Assembly: GCA_028534125.1 (NCBI GenBank)
Contig: CM052816.1
Coordinates: forward strand, 32,490,001-32,554,000
Origin: Lama glama
Taxonomy: Eukaryota
Reading direction: 5' to 3'
DNA: 64,000 bases
The notes below the pieces were generated by a model. It ran no database searches. It had not been told where the DNA came from and saw only the letters and a list, made by a program, of their open reading frames with translations. Numbering within the stretch: position 1 is the stretch's first letter; each line of letters begins with the position of its first letter. The position numbers were made by a program, and so were the translations under genes. Shown here in pieces: positions 49,876 to 64,000 of the stretch.

Positions 49876-52800
49876 AAACCCACACTTGTGTTTCTAACTG
49901 TGTAGGATACCAAGGAACCAAATAAACAACCTACATATCTTTTTTAAGGACAACTTTCTTATATGCTATATGCCATTCCTTGGAAATAAGTTTTGTCTAT
50001 TATTGAATCAAAATATTTAACTTCTGTGATTCTGTGTATCCTTAAAGTTTGTAAATTCAATTTCTTTGAAAATCTGTAACTCAGACCTTTTATTTCACAA
50101 AGAATTAGGAGGAAAGAAGGGATTTCTTCCCCTGCAGAGGTCACCATGGCCACCTCCAGCAGCAGCCTGACCTGTCTTTGCCCGTCCTTTGGCCACTGTG
50201 GGTTTGGGAAAAGGGAAGGGGGACAGAAAGCAAAGGGGTGAGAGGATCCTCCAGAGTGACTTGTTGTTACTCAGAAATCTTTGTAGCTAGTTTTTAAAAT
50301 CCACAGCCCTTTTCTCCACCCTCTTATGTAATTAACCTCGCTTGAGAATCTAAACCCTGTGATAAAGACAGGACCAGTATTATTATATTCATTGTGAGGT
50401 TGAGTGAACTGGGGCTCAGAGAGGTGATAGGACTCCCCCAGCCACTGGTATTGTTGGAGGACGAGGTCTCTTCCCCTCAGAAATACTCTGGTTTCCTACA
50501 CAGTCACAGGCCTGACCCAATAGAGTAATTTCTGCTTCTTAAAGTAAAGATATGCTTCTCCTCAGTATGATTTAACAAAGACTGTCATGGAACCATCTGA
50601 AGTTAGACAATCCATATCCATCCTATTTTTCTTTTTCTGAATTTCATATTTGCAAGCGGATATTGGTGAAAGAATTAGGGGCCGAGGGTGGATTAAAACA
50701 CAAACGGGGGAACCTTACTGATATATCAGTCCCTTCCCAGGCTGTGCTTCTGAATGACCAAGGCCCCTGCTTGCTGGGCTGGCGGATCCCTGACTGATCA
50801 AACCTGCCAGCACACTTCAGCGAGACCCCAGCAAACATATGGTATCAGGGTCAATATTTACCTTCATTTAACGTGTGCAGCACTTCATCTATTTATTTAT
50901 TTATGCAGCAGGCAATTAGGCTTCACGGAGCAAAATCCTTTTGTTCTCTGCTTAGGTTACTGGATATCAGAGCCGTGGAAAACAGCTTTCAGACAATACC
51001 ATCCAGCCTTTAGTGTGCAGTGTTTGCACACGGTTGCTTCCCCTATGGGAGGGAAAAGGAATATACAGACATGCACACAAATGGATGTTGGGAATGTATT
51101 ATAATACACACTGAAGGATACATTATTAATAATATATATTATTTGAGAAACCTTATCTAATATTCTTTTTAATTTAGACGTGCATCATGTCAACATGTTG
51201 TGGGTATTTTTGGTACTTTTGAGAGGCTTTTGTGGATAGAAAAGATGATCTAAGAACTTCATTTTTTTTAATAAGTTATGTATTGAAATTAAAAATGTAA
51301 AGTTAGGTCTTTTTCATGCTTTTAATTTACTTACAGATCTTATTCTGTTCATAAAACTAATTTTAATAATCACTTTTAAGGAAGATTCAATTAAGGTATT
51401 AAATTAATACAAATTTAATTAACTATTAAAAATATCTTCAAACTTTTAAAACTACATTTATACATTTTATTTCCATATTAACTCTCTAAAGTATTTCAAC
51501 TCTCTGAAGAACAGGCAAACCCTTTTTAAGAACCTAAATTACTCTCATAAGTGGATATTAAGCATTTTTTAATGTTTTAAGATTTCTAATCCTGTTTTAA
51601 ACTTAGATATTCTTACATTTTCTAACTTAAAGGCACAAGTTTAAATCAATTATTTAAGTATAAATTTATGTTGGAAGTACGGCCATTTGTTTACTCAAAC
51701 AGGCTCAATTCCCTTAAATATTATAAATACTTCAAGTACCAAATATGCACAGTCCCTTAAGACAAAAGTTGATATCCTACATTTGTGTCTCTATTTAATT
51801 CTGAATCTTTCGGAGCGTAAAAGTTGCTTTAAAACTAGGGGGTGGAGGAAAACTAAGGAAACAGTATTATCCCAGATAATTTTAGAGTTACTATCTCAAC
51901 ATGCTAACATTGCTTCAAGATCACAGGTATTAACTGGGACCTGAGGTTAATGGTTAGAAATATGTGGCACCATCTTCCTCCCAGCCCCTATAGTCAGGCT
52001 GAGCCCCTTCTCGCAGTCACTGTGTCAACTCCAGTGACTGGGTTTGAGATTCTCCTGACCCCACAGGGTGGTAGTCTCTAAATAATGGATGTGCTAAAAT
52101 CTTTTTCCCCCTTCTGCTGTCCCCACCCGTGACACTTGAGCCAGTAACTTGGGATAAGTCTCTTCCCTCTCCCTCCATTCATATTCTAGCCAAACAATCA
52201 CCAGATTATTCCTGTTTTACCTACAACATCCAAAATGTCTCTCAAATCTGTCCCTCCTCTCCTTTCCCACAACTGTTGCCTGAGTTCTGGCTTCACAGTT
52301 CCTGTCTCCAGTCTCGCCTGTCACCTTTCTGGGAGCTCTCCTACAAGCCTCCTCCATCAATCATGTTGATAACAACCATCTACCACCCCTGCCATTTACA
52401 AATGCCTTCAGCACACCAGGCAACAGGCTAGGTGCTCTACCTGTGTTTTCCCATTGGCTTTCACCAGAGCCCTGCATGAGACAAATTATTAGCCTCTCTC
52501 TAAGTCAGTTGCTTCTATTAGCCTCGCTTCTAGGTCAGTCTCATCATTCCACTCACCTAGTGAAAATTCTGCCAGGGGTTTCCCCTGCAGATGCATGCTT
52601 TCCAGCACAGACCCAGTTCTCACCCTGTGTACTTTGCCCCACGAACACCCACTCACCCTAAGTTCTAGTCCATATGAATCATAGCCAAAGGAGGATATGT
52701 GCACTTTTATTTTTCTTGTATCCCACCAGATTTCTTTTTCCAAAGTTGTAGCAACTATTTCTCCCCATCCTCACTACCCTTTTTAAATTTGGCCAACCTG

Positions 52801-55800
52801 ATGTGTGAAACTAATATCTTTTTGTTGTTTAAATGTTTCCCCTGACCTCTAGTGAGGCTAGACTATACATTTTTTATTTATTAATAAAAATTTTTATTTT
52901 TACACATTTATTAAAGATTAAAATTTCCTCTTCTATAAACTGCCTTATCATAATCCTTGCTCAATTTTCTAAGTGTTTTTCCTTTTCTTATTAATCTGTA
53001 GAAGCTCTTTGTGATACTAACTTTTTAATTTTCTAGTAAACATAGCTGACCATTATTGAGAACTTTCATGTTCCAGGAACTGTTTCCCCAGTCAAGTCTA
53101 GGTCTTTTGATTTTGTTCATGTTATATTTTTCTAGATATAAATCAATAAATGTTTAATGAATAATGGATAAATGAATGAGTAAATGAATTGAATGAATGA
53201 AATGTGTAAATTTTATGTGTGCCCCCCAGCCAAAGACTGGCTTTTTGATCAGGCGCTATTTCATCATAGGATTCCTCTGTGCTATCTTGTGCCTCTCTGT
53301 CCCTTTTCCAATGACCACTCTCTGCCTCTCTGCCTCTTGTTTGGCCAGGTAGTAAGTACACCAGAGACTCAATAAATGCTTTTAGAATGAGGAGAATGCC
53401 TTTCTCTCCCTCTAAGTGTTGGACTTTGGAAAAGGGCTCAGGAAACACACACTCAAGGTAAGAGAGAAAGTGCCTCTTGTTTCATGAATTGTATGGAGGG
53501 AGCCATTATTAGTTACCAGAAAATGATGTGCTTGGCACTTAGGGACATAAAAGATCATGGAAATGAGGCAACTAAAATTTTAATGTCATTTCTTTAATAT
53601 ACTGTATCCTTTTGGGAGGAGTTTAAATTTCTTCCTGGCTTGTTCATAAAGCACCAACCAGCCTGCAGAATTCTAGAGACATTTCTTCCTTGTTTCCACA
53701 AAAAGGAGCAGAATGAATGACAATTGGGCAAAATAGAATGGTGGAAAAATATTAAACCAGCATCAGAGAGATTTCACCTCCAAAGTATGGATTAGATGAT
53801 TTTCTTTTAATTTTGGAAGAGATTTGCTTTTGAATTTATAGGAGTGTATGTACCCCAGTGTAAATTCAAGATTAAATTATTCCTTCAAAACCCCCACCCC
53901 ATTATTTTCTGCTGAGGCTAGAAAACAACCTCAACCTCTCCTTTCTGGTGTACTCTTTCCCCCTCCCCCCTGTCCCCCAGTTTTCCTTTAACAGTGCTTT
54001 CTCTGAAATGACTCATAAATTAAAGTCCGTGCATTTGGGACACATTGTGTGTTACTTGCAGATAAAACACTTAAGTGTTTCATTTGGAATCAAACACAGT
54101 TTCCTGAGGAAATAACTGAAATCACAAAATCGTTGAATAAGCTGATAAACAAAATCAGGTCACCAGGCAAAAGTTATCTTTTTTGGAACAAAGAATCTAA
54201 AGCAGCTTTACAGAAACACACAAACAAAGGCCTCAGTCCAGAAATCACTTAGGTCAGACTCTCTATACAGGGCTGTAGTCAATCAGAAAACAAAGGTTTC
54301 AGTAAAAATGAAGAGCAGCACCAGGTTGCACAAACTCATCAGGAATAACTACAAAAGCTGCCTCCCTGGAGATGGATTTATGCATGACATCCAGCTTTGA
54401 CGGTGCACCTGTCTACTGGCTGGAAGCTGAGGTCCAGGCAGGATGATCGAAACACTGGTCCATAACTTATTCTAGCCTGAGGATGATCACTGACGTCAGA
54501 CTGTGGTGAATCTTGAGCAGGATCAATTCATTCACTCATTCATTATTCAATGAGTCTTTATCGAGCACATGCTCTACCAGCCATACAGTAGGTCCTTATG
54601 GGGGAAAACAGTCCATGTTTGAAATCTAGCCGGGATAGGCAAGTAAAATGCCTACAGAAGCCGTGCAGGTAATGTAAATGAGGCAGCCCGGAGAAACTGG
54701 GAATTGTGGTAGACTGAAGAGTGCGGGTTCCATTGAAAAGAGGCTGCCTTTATTCAGCTCCACTGATGATTTCCACAGGCGACCACAAGCGCCGGTTTCT
54801 CACATTTCCAGTTTTCAAAAAAGAAGCCTCAAATCCCAATTTTATTATGAAATTTATTGTTTAAAAATTGACAACTAATAACGATTTTTTTTCAAATTCT
54901 GTATCACCAAAATATGACTGAAAGGCCAAATTTGACCTGAGCATCCAGAAAACAACCTCTGATGCAAATGTTATATGGTATGTAAAACATGGGCAATCCG
55001 TTTCACAAAGCATTGACATTTCCCTCTCCCCTTCTCCTCAACTTTTGGAAATATGTGAAATATGGAATAGCTACTCTTAAAATATGTTGACATAAAACCA
55101 GCCTTTTTTAATGGTTGGAATATGATACTGGAAATCTCTCCTCACCCCAATCCCCCACCACCATTTGGAGTACCTGGGGTTTCCTATGCAATGACTGAAA
55201 ACACGGGAATCTTTCTAATGGAGTGTCCTTACCTCCTGTTCTTCTTGTGTTTTATTTCCCCTATGGCTGTCTCAAGATCTAGATGCTACCCCTCTGCATA
55301 GTCTGAAATCCAGGCCCTACTGGCACTGTGAATCTTCACTGATTTTTACAAAGGGGAAAGTAACTTTTTCCTTCCGGAGGCAGTTGCCCCCTTCTCCCTC
55401 TCTACTCCCAGAAACCTCCCATTCTTTGTCTTTTGCCCCAGTCATCATGTCCCACTCACCTCAGAGTTAATGCAGCCCTTACTGCAACAGTGTTCAAATT
55501 AGGAAAAGGGAGCCTTGACTCCAAGGTAGTTCACTAACACTGGTTGGGAAATCATCAGAACATGCAAATCTCTGACTCCTTCATGAATAGGCTCCCTTTT
55601 AGTTCTCGGTACACAATCTACACACTGATAAGGGGTGACCCTGTGCCCATCCCTTCCAGGCGCATTTTCTCTCTAATCCACCCTCAAACTCTTTCTTTTG
55701 GCATCTCCTAAGCCCATGGCCCTTGGTTTTCAACTTCTGTCTTCACAATTAGTCAGCCAGTCAATAGTGAAGGACCTGAACTCTGTGCCCTACCTCCACT

Positions 55801-56104
55801 CCAGGTCTAAATCATGTAAAGGATTGACGGGCAGAGTCACCTTTGTCAGGCTATGTGAGAGGGATGCTTTAAACAACCTGGTACAGGGTGGGACTTGGAA
55901 GCTATTCAAGCATTCTTGAGTCCAGGCTTCAGAAAAGAGACTGAAAATAGACAGCCACAACTACAAACTTGTTCAATCAACCCTAGGACAGATTTTTTTG
56001 GATTTGGTTTTGCATGCACATTTTTTTTTCTAAAATTTAGATTTTAATACTTTTAGGACTTTAACCATGCCTTTCAACTGACTTATATACTACGTGAATT
56101 AAGA

Positions 56105-56870
56105 AATAGATTATGCTGTTAGATCAAAGACCCAAAGTAACAGTGACTTAAATGAAATGATTTTGTTTTTCTCTCACTTAATATAGTTGGAGCATAAATA
56201 GTACAGAGCTAGGATGACAGGTCTATAGTGTGTGGGACCCAGGCCCCTTCTGTATTGTTGCTCAGCCAACCCTAGGGTGTGGTTCTCATCTGAGTCATCC
56301 AGGATGGCTGGCTGACTACCATCATGAATAGGTTCCCACTGATGAGAAGAGAGAAGGGAAAGGTGGGGTATGTGCATTCTCCATAACTACACAACTCAGA
56401 AGTTACACTGATCTCTGCTTATAGCTCATTGTTCAGAGCTTCATCGCATGATTAGTCTGCTCGAGCTGCTATAACAAAGTACCATATACTGGGTGGTACA
56501 AATAACAGAAATTTTTCCTCACAGTTCTGGAGGCTGGGAAGTCCAAGATCAAGGTGCTGCCTGATTTGGTTTCTGGTGAGAGCTCTCTTCTTGACTTGCA
56601 GACAGCTGCTGTCTCATTGTGTCCTCACATAGTGGGGAAAGAGCAATCTCCCCCTCTTCTTAGAAGGCCACAGGCCTATAGGATTAGGGCCCCACCCTAA
56701 TGACCTCATGTACCTTTACCTCCTAAAGGCCCTACCTCCAGATACAGTCACATGGTGCTGGTGGCAGGACAGGGGTTGGCTCCAACAAATGAATTTGGAG
56801 GGGATACAATTCAGTCCATAGCACGTAGCCTCACCTCATTGCAAGGGAGCCTGAGAATTGCAGTGTGTGT
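56105..56870 (-). mobile_element. Ancient MaLR LTR (MLT1J/K-like) interrupted by a younger MLT1A LTR
   Basis: ttatgctg...aacagtgacttaa...ttctctcac...ccaggatggctg; resumes after 56823 with cacctcattgcaagggagcctgagaattgcagt. Confidence 0.6.
56449..56823 (-). mobile_element. ERVL-MaLR solo LTR (MLT1A0-like)
   Basis: attagtctgctcgagctgctataacaaagtacca...cacagttctggaggctgggaagtccaagatcaaggtg...aattcagtccatagca. Confidence 0.88.
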
Positions 56871-59800
56871 TCTGAGCAGCATTCCATTACTAATCCTGGA
56901 GGTCCATTACTTGTCTCTTGTACAACCCAGCTTTTTACCTGCACAGTTCTTCCAGGCATTTCCTTTAGCAACACTCTTTGAGTGCCTTTGTTATTTTATT
57001 TTCAGTTTTCTGAATCCCAGCAACAGTCATACCTATAGTCAGAAATAAATATGCTATAAAGACCAGCATAAATGATGCTCTTATTACCCACAACTGTTTT
57101 CCCCATCGCTGTAAGTGAACATTACTTTAGCCTCTCAGTGAACAAAAGTGGCCAGTAAGCTAGTGCTAATTGCATAAAACCATTTTAATTTACAAAAACT
57201 ATGCAAAACAAGAGAAAGCAGTGCCACCTTTTATTTCTCTCCTAGTGACTGGCTCAGCTTCTGCTCTGTAGCCTTGTAACCTGACAGTAGCGAGGCAGTG
57301 CTCAGACTCCTCACTTGTCTCAGAGAGCTGACAACGTCCTGCAAAAATCGGATTTTAAAACTATGCAAATTAAGGTCAAACAGCCCCACATCTGAGATTT
57401 AATGGCTAATCTGTTCAGACAGCTGCTTCTTGGCCATTAAATTACAAGGTGACTGAGTTCATTAAGATTTTCACACACAACTAACTCCTCAAATTGTATT
57501 TCATACTTCTCTAAGACTTTCATGGGCAAAGCTAGTCAGATGAGCTATGGTTATAGCAGAAACAGCCAATCTGTCGCCATTTGTTTTCCAATAGACAAAG
57601 AGGCATTATTTTCAGGTTGATTAAAACTGGTCACTCAAGCCAAATTCCAGGATGAGGTCATGAAGATCAGTCACTGTGGGGTTATTGCCAAAGGCAACTG
57701 GGAAGAGAGTCCAGTTTTCTTTGCTGAGAGACATATTGCCAGAAATTCAAATTAAACTTTAAAATTGTATTACTTTTATCCACATTATCCTGCACACATT
57801 AAAAATAATGATACCAATGCAGGTCCTTAAATTCTATAGGGACATTGTTTAAAATTTACACATCTTTGGGTTAGAACAGGCATGGTTTATTATTATTGCT
57901 ATTCTCTTTCCTCTTCTCAGACAATTGACACCTTATTTGTTTTATAAAACTACATTTATAAGGAAAATAATGTGGTATGTGCTTCATTCTGCTCATACAA
58001 TTTATTTAATATTATTTTATTAAATATGAGAGAATTTTAATAAGTGATAACATCACCATTCAAGCTTTCACATGTGTAGTATGAGCTACTTTTTTTCCAC
58101 AGAACTGTCTAGCTGATGAATTGAAATTACTTTGAATTCTTAAAACAACTCTGAGCCTTTTACTCTAAGATGTTATGAAAAAATCTCACAAACTGGCAGC
58201 AGTAAGGAAATGACTATGAAGTTGAGGAAATGACTACCAAGTGAGAATTCTGAATCACAAAATATTTTTAAATACAATTTACTCTTAATACAGCATGTAT
58301 AATGTGGAAGTAAGGAATAAAATGAACTGGTATTGTTTGGACAATAAACACAAGCCATTTAACACAAAATAATTTGTTGCTAAAATCAGAAATTGAAGGC
58401 TCAGAGAATAAATTGTTAATTTATGAGCTCTTGATTTGGAAAAAAAAAAAAGTAATCAGCTTTAGACTAACCTGCCTTTTCTATCCAGTGAGGCCATGAA
58501 ATTCACAAAGCAAAAATTATTTTCAATCATAAATAATAGGAAATCAGTTATACCTTGAATTATCAAAAATTAATAATGAAATAATCATGAGACTTAAGAG
58601 TTCCATTGGTTCATGAAATACAACCAATTAAGCTTTAAAATATGTGAAAAGTCTTATTTACATGCTATATTATTTATTTAAAAAAAACTGTTAGTAATCC
58701 AAATATCTTTTTATAGGATGTGATTATAAACTCATTTAAAACTGTACTCAAAAGAATATGAAATTACATGGAAAATAGTTATAATATAATGTTAAGTATA
58801 AAAAACAAGTTCTTAGATTTTTTTTCCTCCCAAAGGAATGAATTACTGAGGTGGGAAATAATTTTGGTTGTCATTGATAAACCTATGAGAAAAAGCCATA
58901 TTTAATACCTCCTGATCTAATGCTGTGATTTTAATAGCGCAATACAAGATTGCAAACATCAATTCTAATTATCTCCAGCGGGGCATTTACTTGAATTCTG
59001 TATGCGTTAACCACGTCTTCCAGTTTCTTCCTGGGATCACAGTGGTAAAAGGTTTGTAGAATGTGTTGGATTCCAGGGGGTGCAGGCAGGAAGCACCTTC
59101 ATTTTTCTCCCACTTTGATCTTCAGATAGCTCCTGTCAGGTTTTCATTCTTGGCCCCTGGATGAGAGCTTAAGCAGATCCCACAGATTTGCAGTCCCTTT
59201 TAGAGATTAAAAGGTTTTATTTTTAGGCACAGTATTAACAAATCCTGTATGACAAAAATGAAAACTTTGATCTCTCCAGCTTCTTCCCGCCACCATCCAC
59301 AGACCAGTGGTGGGGAAGGGGCTTGGTCTACTCCATATTTTCACAATTCTGCAACGAGGCTCCTCCACTTTCCCTCTCCTACTCGATGTGCACCTTTGGT
59401 TCCTCCCGGGTTGGAGGAGACAGCAGGGAGAGGGCAGGTCAGGGGGGAATCAGGTCTGACTGGATGGGTGCTGTGATATTGTGGTGTTAGTGACCTCTGC
59501 CTAGCAGATGCACCAGAGCTGGCTCTATCTTTCGGGGGTTCTTTGGGGAATCTGCCCTCAATACATCCACCACTATATGTAGGCAATTCACTCCCTAGAT
59601 GACTACTTACTCCCACCTCCCCAGATCCTGTTTCCAGTGGAATGTCCCACGCTGGCCACTCTGGCCCAGGGAATCTACTGTACCTCCCAGAAAGGACAGC
59701 CAGCATTGCTTTGACTGCAGCTGCTCACCCTGCCCTGTGTTGGTGGCAGGTCCAAAGAACCTGGACCCTTAGAAGTTTCCAGGCAGGAGTCAGTCCCCAG

Positions 59801-61973
59801 ATCCTCTAAACTCTGGGAGTCATGTGTCAGTGTCTCCAGGAAACTCTCTCACCAGGGCCCACTCCAGGGCCATTGCTTTGTAAGGGCTTACGGAGGAGCC
59901 CCCTCACTTGGCTGGAGATGGGAGACGGTAGCACCATCTCTTCCACTGGGAGAGGAGGGCCATACCACCGAGCTCAGTGCCCACCAGACATCCAAGAAAT
60001 CCTCATTCTCAGTCCTTCACTGAACCTAGAAGAGAGAACAGCCAGTTTGGAGTCACCTCTTAATCAGTCCTATAGAGATGGTCTAGCACCTCTCTTTAAA
60101 ATATGGGGGTATTTGCCAACTTTGTGGCCTCAACTGAAGTTAAGAAAAACCCTGTTTGCTGTTATACATGATACCCCTCACTCATAAATAATTTTCCTCT
60201 ACTGTCTCTAATCGATTCCGATGGATTACCCTAAAAATCAAATGACAAGTTAATTTCAAGTACTTTAAGTTTTCTGCTCAATCAGTCCAAGATCCTAGAG
60301 ACTTTCTTAAATAGACTATAAGAATATTCAAGTCAGTCTGTTTTCTGCAGCGACTCATAACTGGGATTCAGACAGGCCCAGACTTGTCTGCTGATCTGGT
60401 GAGGTAGGCCTGCCGGAGAGTTTGCTTTGTTTTGTTGGTTGAAAAAGGAGAGAAGCAAGGTGCTCTAGTCCCAGAGGGAAAGAGATGTGGAGAATATCTC
60501 AGTGATGTTAGTAGAGTCTCAGTAGTGTTCCCTGGGCCAGCCCCACAGACATGGGGTTGATTCTACGGGGAGAGTGGCCATAGGCAGAAGCTGAAGGAGT
60601 TGTTTTTTTAAGAGACTCTGTGTGATACTCCAAGACAGGAAGATGTAGGCAGTGCTGCTTCTATGCCCACATAAGGAGGAGAAAGCATCTTCTCCCCAGC
60701 TGGACACAGGCCACAGTGTGCCTTCAGAACACTGAGGACTCAGAAGAGGGCAGCATAATGTTCATTTGCAGGTTTGGGGGTCAGGGGGCAGCCCCTTCAG
60801 CCAGGACATCAGTAGCGTCTCAGTGGGCATCTACGATGGTGGCAGTGGATATCAACTAGGTAGTTCCTGGCAAACTCCCCAGAGGAAGTTAAAACATGTA
60901 TCTTTTATGTGCTTCAACCAGCTCCAAGTCCAGGTTCTCTGGGTGCCGTCCAGTCTCCCTTCAAATGTAGCTCTTCATGTTTAACCAAGTAAGCAACCCT
61001 TAATAAAATGGTGGAGAAGGAACAGAATAACTTCAATAACAACTCTCATTTGGGAAAAGAGAGAACACCATAGTCCCTGGACGAGAGCATATATTCTCTC
61101 CTGCTGGGCAGGAATAGCAAGGAGTCTGTGCCCTGACAGTCCCTGGTCTGCCCGCCAGCTCCCCAGCTTCTGATAGTGGCAGGGGGCTCTCCTTTGCTCA
61201 GGGATTTCCGTGATCACCGACTCTGCTTTCTGGAGATCTCTCTTGTCTAATAACCCAGAAGTACAATAAAAATTGGAGCTGCTCTGATGGCTGCATGTCT
61301 TTCTGAGACCACTTTCTGTTGGTGTGAATTCTAGAGGCTCAAGAAGGTTGAGAGCCATGCTTAGGGGTTTTCTCACCATGTGACTACTTGAAAAACATAG
61401 TAGGCTTCAATTCTGTGGGTTATTAAGCAATGCCTTAGATCCGTCTGAGTCATAGATTTTGGGTATAGAACCTGGACTTGGAAATTTTTTATTCTACCAA
61501 CTGTGCCAGTTTCATAGTACCCCTTTGGCCTCTGCCCCAGGACAATTTCAAACAATAGAGGTAAGGCAGTGACCATTAATCCTCCCCTTCTATGCAGTCA
61601 CATCCAAGGTGACATTCACAGTGACAGTGATTGTGCCTGTTATGAGAGCAGGAGCAGCCTGGAAGGACTCAGGGAGTCAGGTTCTCCCAGGTTCCATACA
61701 GTCTCAACCTACGGCTCTCTCTCTGCTCTTCTCTGAACCAACATTAGATTTGGGAGAGAATTTGTTTTTTTCTCAGATATTTCAGGTTCTGGATCTTAAG
61801 CTGAATTAAGCACTATAGAGAGAATAGGCTGTCTTAGCAAAGCTGTGTTTTCTTGCCTCTCTGTTAAAAGGCTATTTGTTGGGGCATTATTGTTAATTAG
61901 ATGTCTAAACAGTGTTTATTATAGCTAGCTTATAGTTACAGTTTATGTGAGATGTGTAAATAGGCCTCATATT

Positions 61974-62977
61974 CAGGGCCAACTACTAAATTTTCAGAGG
62001 CCAGTACAAAATGAAAATGTCATTCTCCTTGTTCAGAACAAGCAAGCAAAATACTATTGAATGTACTAAAATATAAAGCTTTTCCTTTTCTTCTGTGCTC
62101 TCTCTCTCAAATTTTCCTGTATTTATAACTGTCTGTCTAGTATTATTCTAAATAAAGAAAAAGTAAAATTGTAAATTATGAATTTTTGCCATTCATTTTT
62201 ATTGTATGATACCAGTTTTAAATGCAAATATAAGAGCATTTAACTTGTACATGGCATTGCTGCAATTACACAATTTGTATTTTGTAGCTTATACATGGCT
62301 ATGCATTTTGGTCTTACCTGAACAGTGGGACACTGCACAAAACTAACACAATGGTTTTTATTTGCTTATTGATACGTGCATATTCTTTTAACCTTCTCTA
62401 CCTAAGCCTTCTCTTGAGGGAAGGAGGACTAACAGAAAAAGTAACTATGGGTTGCCTTATATTTCTCTCTCCTTTTGTGTCGTACTTTTCCATGTAGGTT
62501 GGCTAATACGGGGAAATTAGAGAAAAATGATGAATTCCTTGATTGTTCGTATTTCCTAGAATGCCATTGCCTTCTTTCTGCATTCAAAGCAAATTTTGGT
62601 TCAAACAGAAAGTATGGTCTCCTGGGGCTGTCGAGGCCATTATTTTCGGAGTTGTAGGTGTAACATGCTTACTTTGTTCTTGCTTTGAGTCTAGCTCAAC
62701 TCCCGTACATGGTGGGTCCACCAGAATTCTGTGCTTATGGGGTATCACAGGTACAATATGCCCAGGCAGCAAGGAGTGGAGGACACACAAGTTGCACATT
62801 TGCTCTTGTGTATGCTCTATTGTTCCATCAGAGTTTATTTGCAATACAAAAATTCAAAGATAAAATTGTTAAGAATTTCAGGATAGCAGCAGCAGAGCAT
62901 TAAACCAACATGGTGCCTTTGTAAGTACTGGGCCCTGTATGATTCCACAGGTTGCATGCCCCATGAAGCTGACTCAG
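61974..62977 (-). mobile_element. hAT-Tip100 non-autonomous DNA transposon (MER45B-like, ~1 kb)
   Basis: Left end cagggcc. The right end reverse-complements to cagcttcatgggg..gcaacctgt...cagggccc...ttggtttaatgctctgctg...tgaaattcttaacaatttt, the MER45 5' end. Confidence 0.75.
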
Positions 62978-64000
62978 GAAGCTGGTTCTGTTGTTACGGA
63001 GTAGGCATTGTTCTACATGCTTTATCTATTTTAATGAATTTAACCCTCTCAACATGGTGCACAGTTCATGTTTAGTCTATATGATATTTTCTAACTGCAA
63101 GGTCAAGATTTATCTGAGTGTGTCTTTGCCTGAAATTGTAATGTCAAATGTCACTTCTCATAGCATTTCTACTTAGTGAATTTGGAGTGAAAAAGTCATG
63201 AAGACAACAAAAACAACAAAAGGAGTCTTTGTCCAAAAATGGGTAACTTTTAAAGAGTTGTATAGTGTAAAAAAGAAAAGAAAAGAAAAGAAATAGTCAA
63301 CTGAATAGTCATTATATGACATAAGTCTATATTAATTATATTACACTGGTCAAAAATCTTGCTAAATAGTAATCATGAAATCAGGTCTTACCTATCATTT
63401 TGCTCAGTCATCTTTAGCATTTAGAATTTATCCTAATGGTCAGAAAATGACTTCCAACTTCAGGCATTTTGTTTATAGTTTAGGGAGGAAGAGGGACAGT
63501 AACCCATCCTTGGAGACTCTAGAAAGAAGTCTCTGCATTTCAGTATCCATAACTATGTTATTTACAGCTGCAGGGGAGTCAGAAAGATGTGTATTTTAGC
63601 TTTCTGTCTCTTTAGTAGAGGGAAGGGAAAAGGGATTTGTGAAAGGCTGTTGGATAGTGCATCCATGGTGTCCACCACAATCCACCCCTTTAGCTACACA
63701 TGATTTCACACATTTCCCTACTTTCATATTCATTTCATGTGGAATATATTTACTTTTTCCCCTAAGGAATACAATTCTAGTTACTATATCCAGGTCAAAA
63801 AAAAAAAAAGTCCAGTATTTCTGTGTGATATCCAGTTCTTGTCAGCAGTTTTGGCTGTGGTTCCATGTGACTTGGCAAACTTAAGTTTAAAAGTAAAGAA
63901 ATCTAATGTAAACACAACTAGTATATGATGATGGAGGAAGAAACAGGATAACTACAATTTAAAAAAAAACAAAACTCCCATTTGGAAAGGCACAGAAGCC

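Overview
Mammalian genomic DNA, most likely a camelid. It carries two tRNA-derived vic-1-type SINEs, and I saw no Alu, Bov-tA, PRE1 or Can-SINE. The only protein-coding sequence I can support is coding exon 1 of EPB41L4A (band 4.1-like 4A, a FERM protein) on the minus strand at 32775-32677, inside a ~2 kb CpG island. Everything to its left (1-32676) is the proximal part of the long intron 1; I did not find exon 2. Everything to its right is the divergent-transcript region and upstream intergenic DNA. The rest is mostly interspersed repeats: old and young L1, L2, MIR, MaLR/ERV LTRs, and hAT and Tigger-type DNA transposons. There is also a 500-N assembly gap inside a young L1. I found no convincing new biological system. 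The most notable items are two 5'UTR uORFs, an apparent Asp->Asn change in the FERM N-terminal LLD motif, a twin-primed L1 hosting nested LTRs next to the promoter, a chimeric L1, a cluster of young L1 insertions with TSDs, a probable 3'UTR retrocopy, and several candidate enhancers. Repeat subfamily names come from recognition of consensus motifs, not from a RepeatMasker run, and boundaries without TSDs are approximate.
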